A DNA stretch of 63,948 nt, counting the filler, from Kipferlia bialata (Eukaryota): assembly GCA_003568945.1 (NCBI GenBank). It is 5 parts of 5 records of this genome, joined end to end, with 100 filler letters (N's around TTAATTAATTAA, not from the genome) between each part and the next. Parts side by side here need not be neighbours in the genome. Positions count along the whole stretch, not along the records: positions 25,679 to 40,507 come from BDIP01000211.1; positions 40,608 to 55,634 come from BDIP01000213.1; 3 more parts are not named here. One strand, 5' to 3'. The notes under the pieces were generated by a model that was not told the origin of the DNA, searched no databases, and saw only the letters and a list, made by a program, of their open reading frames with translations. Both the position numbers and the translations under genes were made by a program. Shown piece after piece: positions 36,463-49,646 of the stretch (positions are counted from its first letter, which is position 1; each line of letters begins with the position of its first letter).

Positions 36463-39400
36463 TCAATTAGTCCAGGCAGTTCCAACTACACCTGCCTCTG
36501 CACCGATATCCGTTGACCCATATCTGATAGGACCACCGCAGAACAACAAATGACAAGCATCTATTTCAGGATACACACGAGTATACACACACAGTGTCAT
36601 GGCTGTCTGCCGTACTTGAGTATCAGGGCGTCCCTCTCCTGTCTGGAGAGGGTGGACTCTAATGGATCCTCCTTGAGGGACACTGTCTGGGACACAAGAG
36701 ACACGGCAACAGCAGAGTTGGAGGTACCAACAGAGACAGCACCCTTCTTCCTCCCCCTCCCCTCCATCCTTCTGTCCATACAGCATAGGGGGTCAGCCTC
36801 GGGGTCGAAGGGTCCCATCAGACCCTCCACATGTGCCACTATGCCAGGGATCATGGGGGCATAGTCACTCTGGAGGATGTCCACCACACTCCCTGTCTCT
36901 CTCTGCAGGGCATGAGCTGTTCTGGGTACGTAGTAGGGGTCCTCTACAGGCCTCATGATCCGGGTCAGGTCGTCATCGTTGAAGTGTCGCCTGGGGGTAG
37001 GAGAGTGTAGGCAGTGAGGGAGATGGAGACAGATATTCACACACTAGGGTAGTACCCACTCACTTTGTGTCTGTGACCTTCTGTACAGAGGCCTCTATCA
37101 GCCCACTCTTGAATATCTGCCTCACAAACCGGTGCTCCTCAATGGTAGACACCGTCACCAGTCTATACACCACCACCGGTCTCTTCTGGCCCAGCCTGTA
37201 GGCCCTGTCAATGGCCTGATTCTCAACGGAGGGGTTCCATGCTGAGGGTTATTGTACGTAAGGAGGTCAGAATATATAGTGTGAGACAGATATTACAAGC
37301 ACCCCACCTGGGTCGTACAGGAGCACTCTGTCTGCCCCAGTTATGTTGAGGCCCATGCCCCCCACCCCCACAGTCAGCAGACACACAGCGGTAGGGGAGG
37401 AGGGTCTGTTGAAGGCGTCCACCATGGCCTGTCTCTCACCAACCTTCATGCTGCTCTTGATCCTGCACAGCCTGACCCCCCTCCCTCTGAGCCCTGCCTC
37501 TATGACATCCAGGGTGGAGGTGTGCTGCGAGAAGACGAGGGTCTTGTGTTGAGGGTGCCTCCTATCAGGGCCACATAACTGATCACACAACTTGAGGGTG
37601 AACATGAGCTTGGAAGACCGTTGCTCCTGGGTGAGTCTGGCCAGGGTGCGCTGAATCTCCTGCCTCTGCTCCAATGGCCACCTAGACATATCTTGTGCAC
37701 TCAGTATGTCTGGGGTATCACAGATCTGGGGGTGAGGGGATGTGGATACTGGAGGAAGGGATTGACAAGTCTATCGTGTAGCCACCATATATACCCACCT
37801 TGGACAGTAATGACATGAGAGGCAGTCTCCCCTGCATGGCGTGGGTCTTGGCCTCTCCCTTCATACCCAGCCCCTTCAGCATGCTCTTGACACCCTCAGT
37901 CCCCACCAGACCGTTGTACAGGTCTAGCTGCAGTCTGGACAGGGGTATCCACACAACCATGTCCAGCTTGGGAGGAAGAGTGCTAGTAAGGCCAGACACT
38001 CTTGGAGGGGTATCCATGGGGGAGGGTATCGATGCATGGCCTGCTGCACTAGGACCCCCAGCCAGTGACTGCGCCACCCCCAACACCTCCTCCTTGCTCC
38101 TTCTCAGCATGAGGGGGTCCGTCAGGGCGTTGAGCTTGGTCTGGGCAGCAAGGCCCACGTACCTGGGGTGGGGAAGGGAGACTGCTGCAGAGAGAATATG
38201 GATAGAACAGCCTTGTACCACTGTCTCATAGTACATACCCCCACCCACCTACTCTCCTTGGACGCATCCTTCTTCCTGCTCTCGATGATGGGTCTGTCGA
38301 AGGTCTGGCAGAAGGCATCGAGACCACCTAGTACACTGCCCTTGGTCACCCAGTCAACTATGCACCACAGCTCCTGGGGTGGGGGTGGGGGCGGTCGCAT
38401 ACATAAACAATACAGCAGACAATCATCACCGTACCTCACCGTAGTATCTGATACAACCAACCGTATACATAGATACAGTACCTGCAGGTTGTTCTGGACG
38501 GGTGTGCCTGACAGCGCCACCCTGAGCCTGGCCTTGAGCATCCTAATAGCCACACTGGCCAGGGCAGAGTGTGCCTTGATGCGGGTGGCCTCATCGCATA
38601 TGACCACACCCCACTCATAGGCATCCCTGGGGGGCATGGCTGCCTCCTCGTCCTGTCTAGAGGGGTGTACAGTGGGGATGGCAGAGCCTGTGTCCTGTCT
38701 ATGGGCACGGTGGTCAGAGGGGTCAGGGGGGAGGCCCTCCTTCTTGCGCTTGGCCATCCTGTTGTGTCTGTTGAGCCTCTCCCACTTGGGCAGGGTCTGT
38801 GTACTAGTATGGTGGTGGGGTAGGACAAGCCTAGGCAGGTGGGTCACCAGGTGGCCGTAGGAGGTGAGGACAATTCCCTGGGACATTAGGAGATATGGGG
38901 TATGGATAAAGAAAGAGAGGTGTACATACTGACACTGCCATCAGTCCATTGATGCTACTTCAGCACCCACCTGTGCCTTCACCATTGCCGTTGATATGTC
39001 GACATCCCTATTGGTCCCATGGAACATACAGACAGGTATACCGGGGCACCACTTACGCAGCTCCGACTCCCAGTTGTGCAACAGACTGGAGGGCACGACA
39101 ATGAGGGCGTGGGACACGGCAGAGAGGGAGAAGAGAGAGCGCAGCAGGTATGATATCTGTACTGTCTTGCCCAGCCCCATGTCATGTGCCAGCACACCCC
39201 CAGGCAGCCCCTGCCGCCACAGGTTGTACATCCACTGCACACCCTCCTTCTGGTGCTCGAAGAGGCCGTTGTAGGCACGGAGCAGCCTACCCTGGCTGGG
39301 TATGGCGTCAGGTGCCCCCCTCCTGATGGCATCTGGGTCTAGACTGGTGGATACCCCCAGCAGGGCAGACTTACGCTGCAGGGACTCCCATTGGTCCACA

Positions 39401-40264
39401 GGCTTGGGGGGTGCGGGGCGACGCTTGGAAGAGGGGGAGGGAGGGGATGGAGAGAGGGAGAGAGAGAGGCCTGCGTGTCGCGGGCGTCTGTGGGACACAG
39501 ATGAGCCTTGGGGTGGGTCAGGGGAGGAGGAGGACTCAAGCAGATGTCCGGTGGGGTACTTGCGTCTATGCTCTGGGGTTAATACCGGTATAAGATGGAC
39601 AGGAGACAATAGAGATGGTCACAATCAAGTGAGTAACTATCTGGGTGAAGAATAGCACAGAGACTGAATCAACGCGACTATCGATACACACAGAACGCAA
39701 CAGAAGATGAACAGAAATAATGAGCGATATGCAGGGTATCAAGACACTCAGGATCATGATGAGACTTAGTGCTACTATGTACAAAACAGATAGATCCACC
39801 GTACCCTGCTGACCCTGCCCTGGCTGTCCCCCTCTGATATGGGTCTGTCTGACACCCACTCCCCTGTCAGCAGAGGACACACCCTGCGATGGATGTCTGG
39901 GACCATAGAGAGTGGAGATGGGCCTGGGAGGGGTGGGAACCAATCCATATGACAGGGAGCCATATGTGCCACCCTGTGACGGGCCCTGACTCTGACTCTG
40001 ACTGCGGTACCCCTGCGATATGGTGCCAGGCCTCACATACTGACGCGCCATTGGGGGAGGGGGGGAGGGGCTGGATACATCGCTGCAGTCTGAGAGAGAG
40101 AAGGTACCCTCAGTCCTAAGTTGGCCACTGGTAGGCCTCGCTCCAACTCCTGATACCCTGGGGCGAGAGGACGAGAATTTGTCAGAATAGGGTGGTAATT
40201 GGTTATATCCGCCCATGATACATCCCTTCCATAGAGAGAGGAAGACAGCTGCAAGTCGATCCAT
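36463..40264 (-). CDS. SNF2-family ATPase, ERCC6L/PICH (plant CHR24)-like
   Basis: Motifs: [133 protein letters not shown]. The stop is either 36597 (unspliced) or 36463 (one more intron). Confidence 0.9.
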
Positions 40265-40507
40265 CTATTTTTGACCTACCCTTCCTATTAATAGCAGTGT
40301 GTATAAGTTCATATATATCACCCTCCACTGATGCACTACCTCCGTGTTACTCACTAATACTACACCATACTACTAATACCACCGGAAAAAACAACCACCA
40401 ACCATCACTCTGAACATCAATACGCCTGTCATTCTATTCGTACAACACACGGACACAAGTATCTGATAATGAATGTGGACACTACACACTATCCCCGCCG
40501 CTTGGTG

Positions 40508-40607
40508 NNNNNNNNNNNNNNNNNNNNNNNNNNNNNNNNNNNNNNNNNNNNTTAATTAATTAANNNNNNNNNNNNNNNNNNNNNNNNNNNNNNNNNNNNN
40601 NNNNNNN
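40508..40607. other. artificial contig linker
   Basis: N-run/TTAATTAATTAA/N-run. Confidence 0.99.
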
Positions 40608-40696
40608 CCATCCCCCCCCTGCCCCCCCCCCCCCCCCCCCCCACCTTCACCTTAACAATCATTCCATCTCTCTCTCTCTCTCCCTCATCCCTGTAG

Positions 40697-43139
40697 GTCC
40701 CCCCCACCTTCACCCTCGATGCATTCACACGCATCAGATACGGGCTGGAACTGAGGTGAGTATCATATACTTGTTCTCATATTGCGTACCCAGTTGTCTC
40801 ATATACATTCTTATCTTATCTACTAGGCTGGAGAGGCCTGGCCTTGGTCCCCTACTCTTCATCAGAGAGGTGGAGGTGCATCCATACTACAGGTATACGA
40901 CCTGTAGTATGAGTGTATACATAAGTATGTTTGCGTATATTCAAAAGCGTATCTATACATTTCATCAGAGAGGTGGAGGTGCACCCATACTACAGGTATA
41001 GTGTGTATGGACATATGAATTATTGTTTATCTCACACATTCGTAACCAGTTGGCTGCATGGTGACTCCTCTCTCTCCCGGCATTCAATCATAATCACATA
41101 CACATATATACTATGTATTCGGTATTTCCCCCAGGTGGCTGTATGGTATACTGTATATGTATCCTCACCCCCATCATTCCAATTATATATATATATATAT
41201 CTTGTGCACATTGTAATACTCTTTACCCCCAGCTGGCTCCATGGAGACTCCTCCCTGTCCCAGTCCCAGTCGGTGTCAGAGGCAAAGCACCTGTCATTTG
41301 GGAAGGTATGGATGTGTTGTGTGTGTATCCATTCTCCTTTGCATTGCTATATATATTGCATTCTCTGCTAACCAGGGTTGCTTTACCCATAGGGCACTGT
41401 GGCAGTACATATATAGTAATGATAACCGATTCATATATATATGTATGGTATTGCAGTGCTATATACTCCACCACTGTATTCTATTTCTTACCACTAGGGC
41501 ACTGTGCCAGTCACTCTCCATATAATACAGATATTAATATTTATAGACTATAGTATATGTATCAGTGTTCTCCTCATGACACTGTTCTATTACCCATTGC
41601 CGTTGCTTACCCATAGGGCACTGTGGCTGTGACCCTCTCCACCCCCAGGGGCATAGTGGCACCAGCGGAGAGGTATGGACAGTATAAGTAGGATACATAC
41701 ATATATATATGTGGAGACATGACGATGGGTGTGTATATAGTTGTATACACCCAGGGGCATAGTGGTATCAGCGAAGAAGTGAGTGTTATCGTATAATCTT
41801 ATGTTTTAGAATGTAATCACGCATATGTATGTTTTTGTACATGGTCATGATTACAAACATGTACGCGTATCCATAGTCTAACTCCTTTGGCTTGACTTTG
41901 CCGTATCCATTGTCAACACTCAGACACAAGTATATATAGTACTTATGCAAGGGTCCATCCCAGTTCAGACTCTGTACAAGGATATTGTATATATAGTCAT
42001 TCTTTGACTTACCTTAGACTTGACTTTGCAGTCTCCATTGTCAACACGTCCAAGGCCAGCATATCCAAGGTCAAGGTGTCACTCCACAGAAAGGTACATG
42101 CAGTATATATGTTATATATATATAGCTAAGTATGAATATATACTATATACACTATGTATACTATGTATATGTCCAAGGCCAGCATATCCAAGGGCAAGGT
42201 GTCACTCCACAGAAAGGTATGGACAAAAATGTATATCATAGTGGGAACATCCATTAGTGTATGTGCGTGTGCATGTGTATGGATCTATATCTGACTACTC
42301 AGGTCTGCATCAAGACTGGGCACAGTGTGGTGACCATCACATGAATCTCTCTCCATATGAATATATGTATCTGTATCTATATACATATATATATGTATAT
42401 ATATGTGTGTATACTAAATATATATACCAAGTACCCTATCCTTCAGTTCTGCATCAAGACTTTGTGTTGTATGTATGTCTACATCTCATATCCAGGTCTG
42501 CATCAAGACTGGACATAGTGTGGTGACCAGGACCGATGACCTGTACAAGGAGACAGTCACCAAGGGGACAGGGGGGAAACTCAAGATTGAAGTGAGTCTA
42601 ATGACGGTAGTAGAATATATATATGTATATGTATATATGTATCATTGTGTATATATATGATGACCTGTACAAGGAGACAGTCAACAAGGGAACAGGGGGG
42701 AAACTCAAGATTGAGGTATTGAGTACCATATATATACATATATACATATATGTATAAGGAGACATTCGCCATGTATATACATACATATGTATTGATATAT
42801 GTACAAGGAGACAGTCAACAAGGGGACGGGGGGGAAGCTGAAGGTGGAGGTAGGTTATCCCTCATGTGAGAATCTCTCCCTCTCTCTATGTCATACAATT
42901 ATCTATCTCTCTTGGTCATATCTGGGATTTCCTCTCTCTCTCTTCCTCCTCCTCCACACCCTGATTCCCAGGCCGGCCACTCCTGGACCGGATTTCCTCT
43001 CTCTCTCCCCCTGTCTCTCTCTCTATACCCTTAACCACAGGCCGGCCACTCCTGGACCGGGTCCATCCCCCTGGACCTATCACACATACTGCCTAGTGGC
43101 AGTGTCAGTCTGCCTAGCAGGTATAGTATGCACTAGTTA

Positions 43140-43195
<56 letters not shown>

Positions 43196-44292
43196 CTCCC
43201 TAGCGGCAGTGTCAGTCTGCCCAGCAGGTATAGTGTTACATGAATATGTATCCCATTGATACTATTGGATATTCACAAATGCATTTAAATACCATCTAAC
43301 CCCCTAGCGACTACTCCAAGTGGCGCACCACCGCCCCAGGCCTGGTGTCCCAGCTCATAACCACAGACTATGTAGTCAGGCTCATGGTATGTAGCTATAC
43401 ATATATATATATATATACTTGGATATATATATACTTGTATATATTGTACATAGGGAACATGTCTGGTGTCCCAGCTCATCACAACAGACTATGTAGTTAG
43501 ACTGATGGTGTGTGGTGTATTTGTGTTGTTATTGTGTATTCAATGTATATATAGTACTTTCATCTATTCTCATCACAACAGACTATGTGGTCAGACTCAT
43601 GGTGTGTAGTATATTTGTATATGTATACATGTGCATCATCTCTCTGAATTTGCCATGATTACCCCTGATCCCAGGCCACTCGACCGTAAGTGTTCTCTTC
43701 CTATGTATACACTTACATGTGTAGATCAAAAATATTACTCCCACCAACCCAGGTCCAGATCCCAGGCCACTCTGCCATCAAGCCCCCCCCACCCACCCCC
43801 TCTCTCTATCTATTGCTAGTAAGTAACATATGATATATATATATATATTGATTAAGTATATATATTGACTCTAGGTCCAGATACCCGGCCACTCTGCCAT
43901 CAAGGCCAAGCTGCCCATCATAATTATGCCAAGCACAGGTAGATATACAGTACTATACACTATATATACTCAATATACTATGCGTGTATGATTGGTATAC
44001 AGACCAATCATAATATTGCCCAGCACAGGTAGTAAGGCATATATGTGTATGGTTTAGTACAGAGTGTGTATCATACTCTCCATGCTCACGATTCCGACAG
44101 GATGCCTCTTTCTTCATCTCCCTCCCTCTCTTTAACCCTTCAGAAGCCCTGTCTGAGCGTCCCCATGCCGATGCTGTGAGTATATGTCTCTCCTTCTCTC
44201 CCTCTCTCTCTCTCTCTCTATATATATACATATATATATATATGTCCTCTAACACCTAGAGGCCCTGTCTGAGCGTCTGCATGCCGATGCTG

Positions 44293-44330
<38 letters not shown>

Positions 44331-44999
44331 AGTACATGCTATAAGGCTAATCCTTCAGAAGCCCTGTCTGAGCGTCTCCATGCCGATGCTGTGCGTAGGG
44401 GTGTGACCAGCATCAGACACCTGTCTGTGTCACAGGACAGGGAGCAGACAGTTAGTCAGGGGGTACAGGAGGTGGGTATATACGCATACACACATATATA
44501 TATATAGACAGAGAGAGAGAGAAACACAGAGTCTGTCTGGGTCACAGGGATTTGTGTTTATATAGACTCTCTCTCAATATGTGTATCATGTGTGTGTATC
44601 TTATGTCTAACCCCAGTTCAGTGCCGCCCTGTCTGTCCCTCACTGTGTCTCTCTCTCTCACAATACATATATCTATCTTCTCATACTTATGTGTATACCT
44701 TACTTCAGTTCAGTGCCGCCCTGTCTGTGCCCCAGGTCAAGCAGCGGATGGACATTGTCGAGATGACAGGTACGAAAGTATACAGATGTTGTGGTTATCC
44801 AAGTATGGGTATACCATATATACCTTATATAGTTCTATGTATATATTCATATATCATTGTCTAACCCCCAGGCTACATGCAGGGTGACGACAGGGGCAGC
44901 AGTCTGGAGAGTGACGAGGAGAGAGAGCTGGACGAGGAGAGAGAGAGAGAGGGAGAGAGGGCACTGGCGGGGGAGACTGAGGTGCCACACGATCTATAG
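40697..44999 (+). CDS. arrestin-domain (alpha-arrestin-like) protein, 5'-truncated
   Basis: End of the N-domain: VPPTF...IRYGLELRLERPG...FIREVEV. C-domain: GTVAVTLSTPRGIVAPAE-LDFAVSIVNTSKASISKVKVSL...SQLITTDYVVRLMVQIPGHSAIKAKLPIII. Ends VPHDL-TAG. Confidence 0.8.
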
Positions 45000-45327
45000 G
45001 GGGGTGACATGACTTCGCGAGATAGCGAGAGGGTGATTTCACCCACACAGGATACGTGTTTGGGGAAGAGTATAAGAATAGATGAGAGTGAGGGCGATTC
45101 TAGATAAGAACAGACATTTCCTACCCTAAGACCACCTACTAAACACATAACCATCACAATAACAACAATAAACATTCTATTCGCATTGAGACGGCGTGGC
45201 GGAAGAGGAGAGGTGTATGGGTGGAATACTACTATCCCTACATCACAACATATTGGTGTGAGTGGGTTGTCCTCACTTCACTCCCCTCTCTCTCACCCCA
45301 CTGACATCCCCCTCACTGACATCCATC

Positions 45328-45992
45328 TTACTTGGTGAAGAGGTGCAGGGCAAGGACAGCGCCGATGAACACAAAGGACACAGTCACAAGGGTGCCGGGC
45401 TGGCTGGGGGTGAGAGATGGAGGAAGGTATAAGTGGGTGTGGAAGGAGGGGGGTGAGGGGGTGGAGAGAGGATACTGGGATATGGAGGGGGGTATTAGTA
45501 AACACGAACGATCCCTGTAGGTGAGATAAATATCTGTCCCAGAGGTGGGCATAGAGGATGGAGTCAAATACATACAGAGCTATACAGTCAACATGAATGA
45601 CGTCAGCAGGACACATAGATCGAATGTAATCGAGCAACACTCACTCCCTGTGCCCAATCAAGAACAAAAATACCCCTATGTGATAATCATACGTTGAATA
45701 TAGACAATTGACTGAGTCGGTACCGGTACCGGTACCGACAAGTGTTGACATATACAATTGGACATAAAGAACATAAATCGCTCCGTATAGCCCTATATAC
45801 TATGAAAAACAACACCAATGGTACATAGAACCGCCCATAGACAGGATATGAATCGAAAAAGAGTCAACAATACAGATATCCCAACTGGGGGCATAAGAAC
45901 ACAAATACGTACATCTCGTTGCCAGCAGACACCACGGAGGAGCCCTTGGCGGCAGTCTTGGTGGCGGTCTTCCTCTGTCTAGTCTCAACCAT
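45328..45992 (-). CDS. SEC61B: protein translocon subunit Sec61 beta (2 exons: 45913-45992, 45328-45403; 51 aa)
   Basis: MVETRQRKTATKTAAKGSSVVSAGNEI-QPGTLVTVSFVFIGAVLALHLFTK has a basic RQRK N-terminus and a single C-terminal TM with the P...V.S..FI..V..LH signature. Splice phases match. Confidence 0.82.
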
Positions 45993-46136
45993 CTTCTAAT
46001 AGTCCGAAAGGAGCTGACTCGTCATCCTCTGCGTAACTGACCCCTTTTGTCTTTTTGACTGACAGCCAAAAAAATTGTAGCGAATAAGGGTGCCGTCTGG
46101 GTTTTGGCATGTTAGGCGCTCCTCACACCGGAAGAA
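45993..46136. promoter_or_regulatory. probable compact bidirectional promoter between Sec61-beta and p28
   Basis: Two ATGs lie head-to-head 144 bp apart. The spacer has short T/A tracts and no microsatellite. Confidence 0.5.
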
Positions 46137-47308
46137 ATGTCGAATTCCCTGGTCAAGTTTGAGCCTCCCGTGCTCGTGGGTGAGGACAAGGGCCGTGTTG
46201 CCCAGTCTGGCACCAACCTGGCCACTGAGGACATCCTGAACTCCATTCTGCCTCCACGCGAGTTTGAGCAGGGTGAGTCTCCTCCTCTAGGGGCCTATAG
46301 CCATTCTCAGTGCATGATATCACGTATATGTGCTGTTTGTGGTGTCTTCTTACCTCAGGTGGCCAGACGTGGCGCCAGGCTGTGTCCACGACCCCTGCCA
46401 CCAGGCTTGATGTGATCAACCTGCAGGAGAGGCTGGACAGAGAGCTCAAGAGGAGGCAGGCCAGGTATACCGCTTAGTGATAGGGTGGGGGGGTTGTGTG
46501 GAGTGAGGTCATGTGAGATATTGGATGGAGCGTCATCGGCAAGTATTTGTATTGTACTGTGCTGTGTGAGTGTCCCCCTCCTGTCTCTAACCCTTCAGAG
46601 AGGTTGGCCTGTGCCCCATCAGAGAGGAGATGTACAGCCAGACATTCGACGAGATCATCAGACAGGTACTTGTATGCATACTCTATTAATATATAGATAC
46701 ATCTGTGCACTCTCTACATCTGTATATGCTCTATCTGTACATATTATTCGGGTATATAATGGGGGATCGGCCAGGTGGGTGTGTACCTCTCACTATCTTC
46801 ATCAAATCTTAGCTAGTGTTTGATCTCCCCTCAGAGAATGGGGGGGGGGGGGGCACATCTTGACATATTTCTAGTCAACATTTCTGTGTATATATCTGTT
46901 TAGGTTTATGCTTCAATCATTAACCCAGGTCACCATCAACTGTGCCGAGAGGGGTGTGCTTCTGATGAGGGTCAGAGATGAGCTCAGGATGACAATCCAG
47001 GTATAGATAGATAGACTAATGTATATAGATATATAATTATACACTCCCTCTCTACCAAGGGACGAGCTCAGGATGACAATTCAGGTACGGTGTGTGTGCT
47101 ATATTTACCTATATGTGGATATTCAACTCTCTTTCTCTACCAAGGGATGTGACCATCCAGGTATATGACCGTTGGGATGGGTACAATAGTCTCTCTTGCC
47201 CTTCATAAGCGCAAGTTTCTCTCTCTCTCTACTCAGAATACCCACCCCAGGCCTACCAGACCCTCTATGAGTCTGGCGTTGCATTCGGAGTCAGGAAGGC
47301 TCTCTCAG
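46137..47308 (+). CDS. DNALI1: axonemal inner-arm dynein light chain p28 (DNALI1/IDA4), C-terminal exons missing
   Basis: SLVKFEPPVLV, TEDILNSILPPREF, VSTTPATRLDVINLQERLD, QAREVGLCPIREEMYSQTFDEIIRQVTINCAERGVLLMRVRDELRMTIQAYQTLYESGVAFGVRKAL. Confidence 0.93.
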
Positions 47309-47427
47309 GTGTGTGACCTATTGCCATTTTTCAAGTTCACCCAACATTTCACTATCGCTCTTCTATCTTTTATCATCAATGGGATCTCCGACAGGTGTAT
47401 AGTACCTGCCTATCCCTTTCTTTCCCA

Positions 47428-47466
<39 letters not shown>

Positions 47467-47483
47467 CCCCCCGCCCCCCCCTC

Positions 47484-47516
<33 letters not shown>

Positions 47517-47903
47517 CTCCCTCCGTCATATTCTCTAGCATTTCCAATGCATTCAATACCAACCCTCACCCTCTCTCTCTCTCTCTCTCTCTCTTCCTTG
47601 TACAGATATACCCATATCCCAGTACCAGATTAGATGGGTCCTATCTCTACGTATATATACAATATATGTGTATTCATGCATACATACCTTTATCCCCAGT
47701 GCCTCTAACCGCTCAGAGGATTCTCTCTCTCTCTCTCTCTCTCTCCCTCTCTCGCTCTCTCTCTCTATATATATATATCCTATCTATACCCTTTCCATCA
47801 GTGCCTCTGCTGACTCCTCAGAGGTGACGCTTTCTCTTTCTATCTCTCTCCCTGTATCTCTCTCTCTCTATGTATACACATATTTGGGTATGTCTTACCC
47901 CAG

Positions 47904-48422
47904 TACCTCTGACGAGTCGTCAGAGGAGATGGGTCTGGAGGAGCTGAGGGAGGAGGTGAGACACACCATATACACATCAATATGTATATGGTTAAATATA
48001 TATACGTATTTATATATATGATTACATATGTACATTGTTCACTGGGTCTGGAGGAGCTGAGGGGGGAGGTGAGACATGTATATTTATAAATTTCTCTGTA
48101 TATATAGTGATGTATGTATATATAGTTTGATGTGCACACATTCATCCACTACGTTAATACACATACAGTCTCACATATACGTAACCCCTAGGTCCTGTCC
48201 GACCTGTCTAAGGGTAGATACAGACAGGCGGCAGAGAGTCTAGATGCTATGGCTAGGTATAAGATAGTGCATAGTTGGAATCCTATACATTCATGTGTGT
48301 ATAGTTTTATGTAAGTAGCTATATACCCAGTGTGCAGCTGATAGCCTCAATGATATGGCTAGGTACACCATAGAATATTGTATGAGGTCATTTTACGTAA
48401 AAATAGAGTGATTGTATTCTCT

Positions 48423-48455
<33 letters not shown>

Positions 48456-48758
48456 GACACCACTGCACTGTGATAGAGTGTACACAGAGGTACACTTATG
48501 GATGTATCTGCCCTATTACAATGTAGAATTCATATATAATTAACCCCACAGAATCCACCTCTCCTCTGGTGATCTAGAACAGGCCCTGGACCATCACTCG
48601 ATGGACATGAGGTACTGGTGTAATAATGCATACATAATAATTGTGCATTTATAGTAGTAACGCATTTATAGTACTCAATGGACATATATACAGTTTGTGC
48701 ATATTTCATGTCCACTCCCTAACCCACAACTGACACCCTCCCCTCATTGTCAGGTGCT

Positions 48759-48789
<31 letters not shown>

Positions 48790-49596
48790 CCCCTCATTGT
48801 CAGGTGTTCCTTCGTTGCTGAGGCTGACAGCTACTCTAAGACAGGTATGATGGGTAATACCCATACGCTGCATACGTTGTATGTATGAATGTACATTCAT
48901 ACTCATCTATCCCTGTGCTTTCAGACTGCTCTCATCAACTGTGCTAGTGCTGATACCACATAGACTATATTCTCTATATGTATGTGTATAATGTCTCACC
49001 CATGCCTCCTGACTGCCCTCCTCAACTGTGCCAGTATCATGTATATTAACATATTACTCTCTCTCTCTCTCTCTACACTAATGTCAACGTAAATTTCTAT
49101 TTCTTAATCTAACCCCCATGTCTTCTGACTGCCCTCCTCAACTGTGCCGGTGTGTGGTCTGACATGGGCAATGCAGAGTGTGCACTGTGGATGTACCAGG
49201 TTCTCTCTCTCTCTCTCTCTCTCTCTCTATACTCTATACTATATAATAATACGTGTAGTTAGTATCTGTTCGGATCTCCTTTTACCCCCTAGGAGACCTT
49301 CCGTACACTCCAAAGATGTATTCGTACCTAGTTTAGTGCAGTCAGTTTGGTATATACTTCGTTCCTTTCTATTTCCATTTATCTTAAACCTAGGAGACCT
49401 TCCGTACACTCCAAAGGGCAGTGGTAGCTGGCGGTATATACAAGGGAGTGCCACCGGCGTCGAGGCGAGTGTTGTATGTATGTATATATATATATATATA
49501 TATACACACACATATATATATACAGATATATATATATATTTGTGTATATACTCCTATACTAACTACCAGACCCCAGTACAGCAGGGGTACACGACT

Positions 49597-49646
<50 letters not shown>

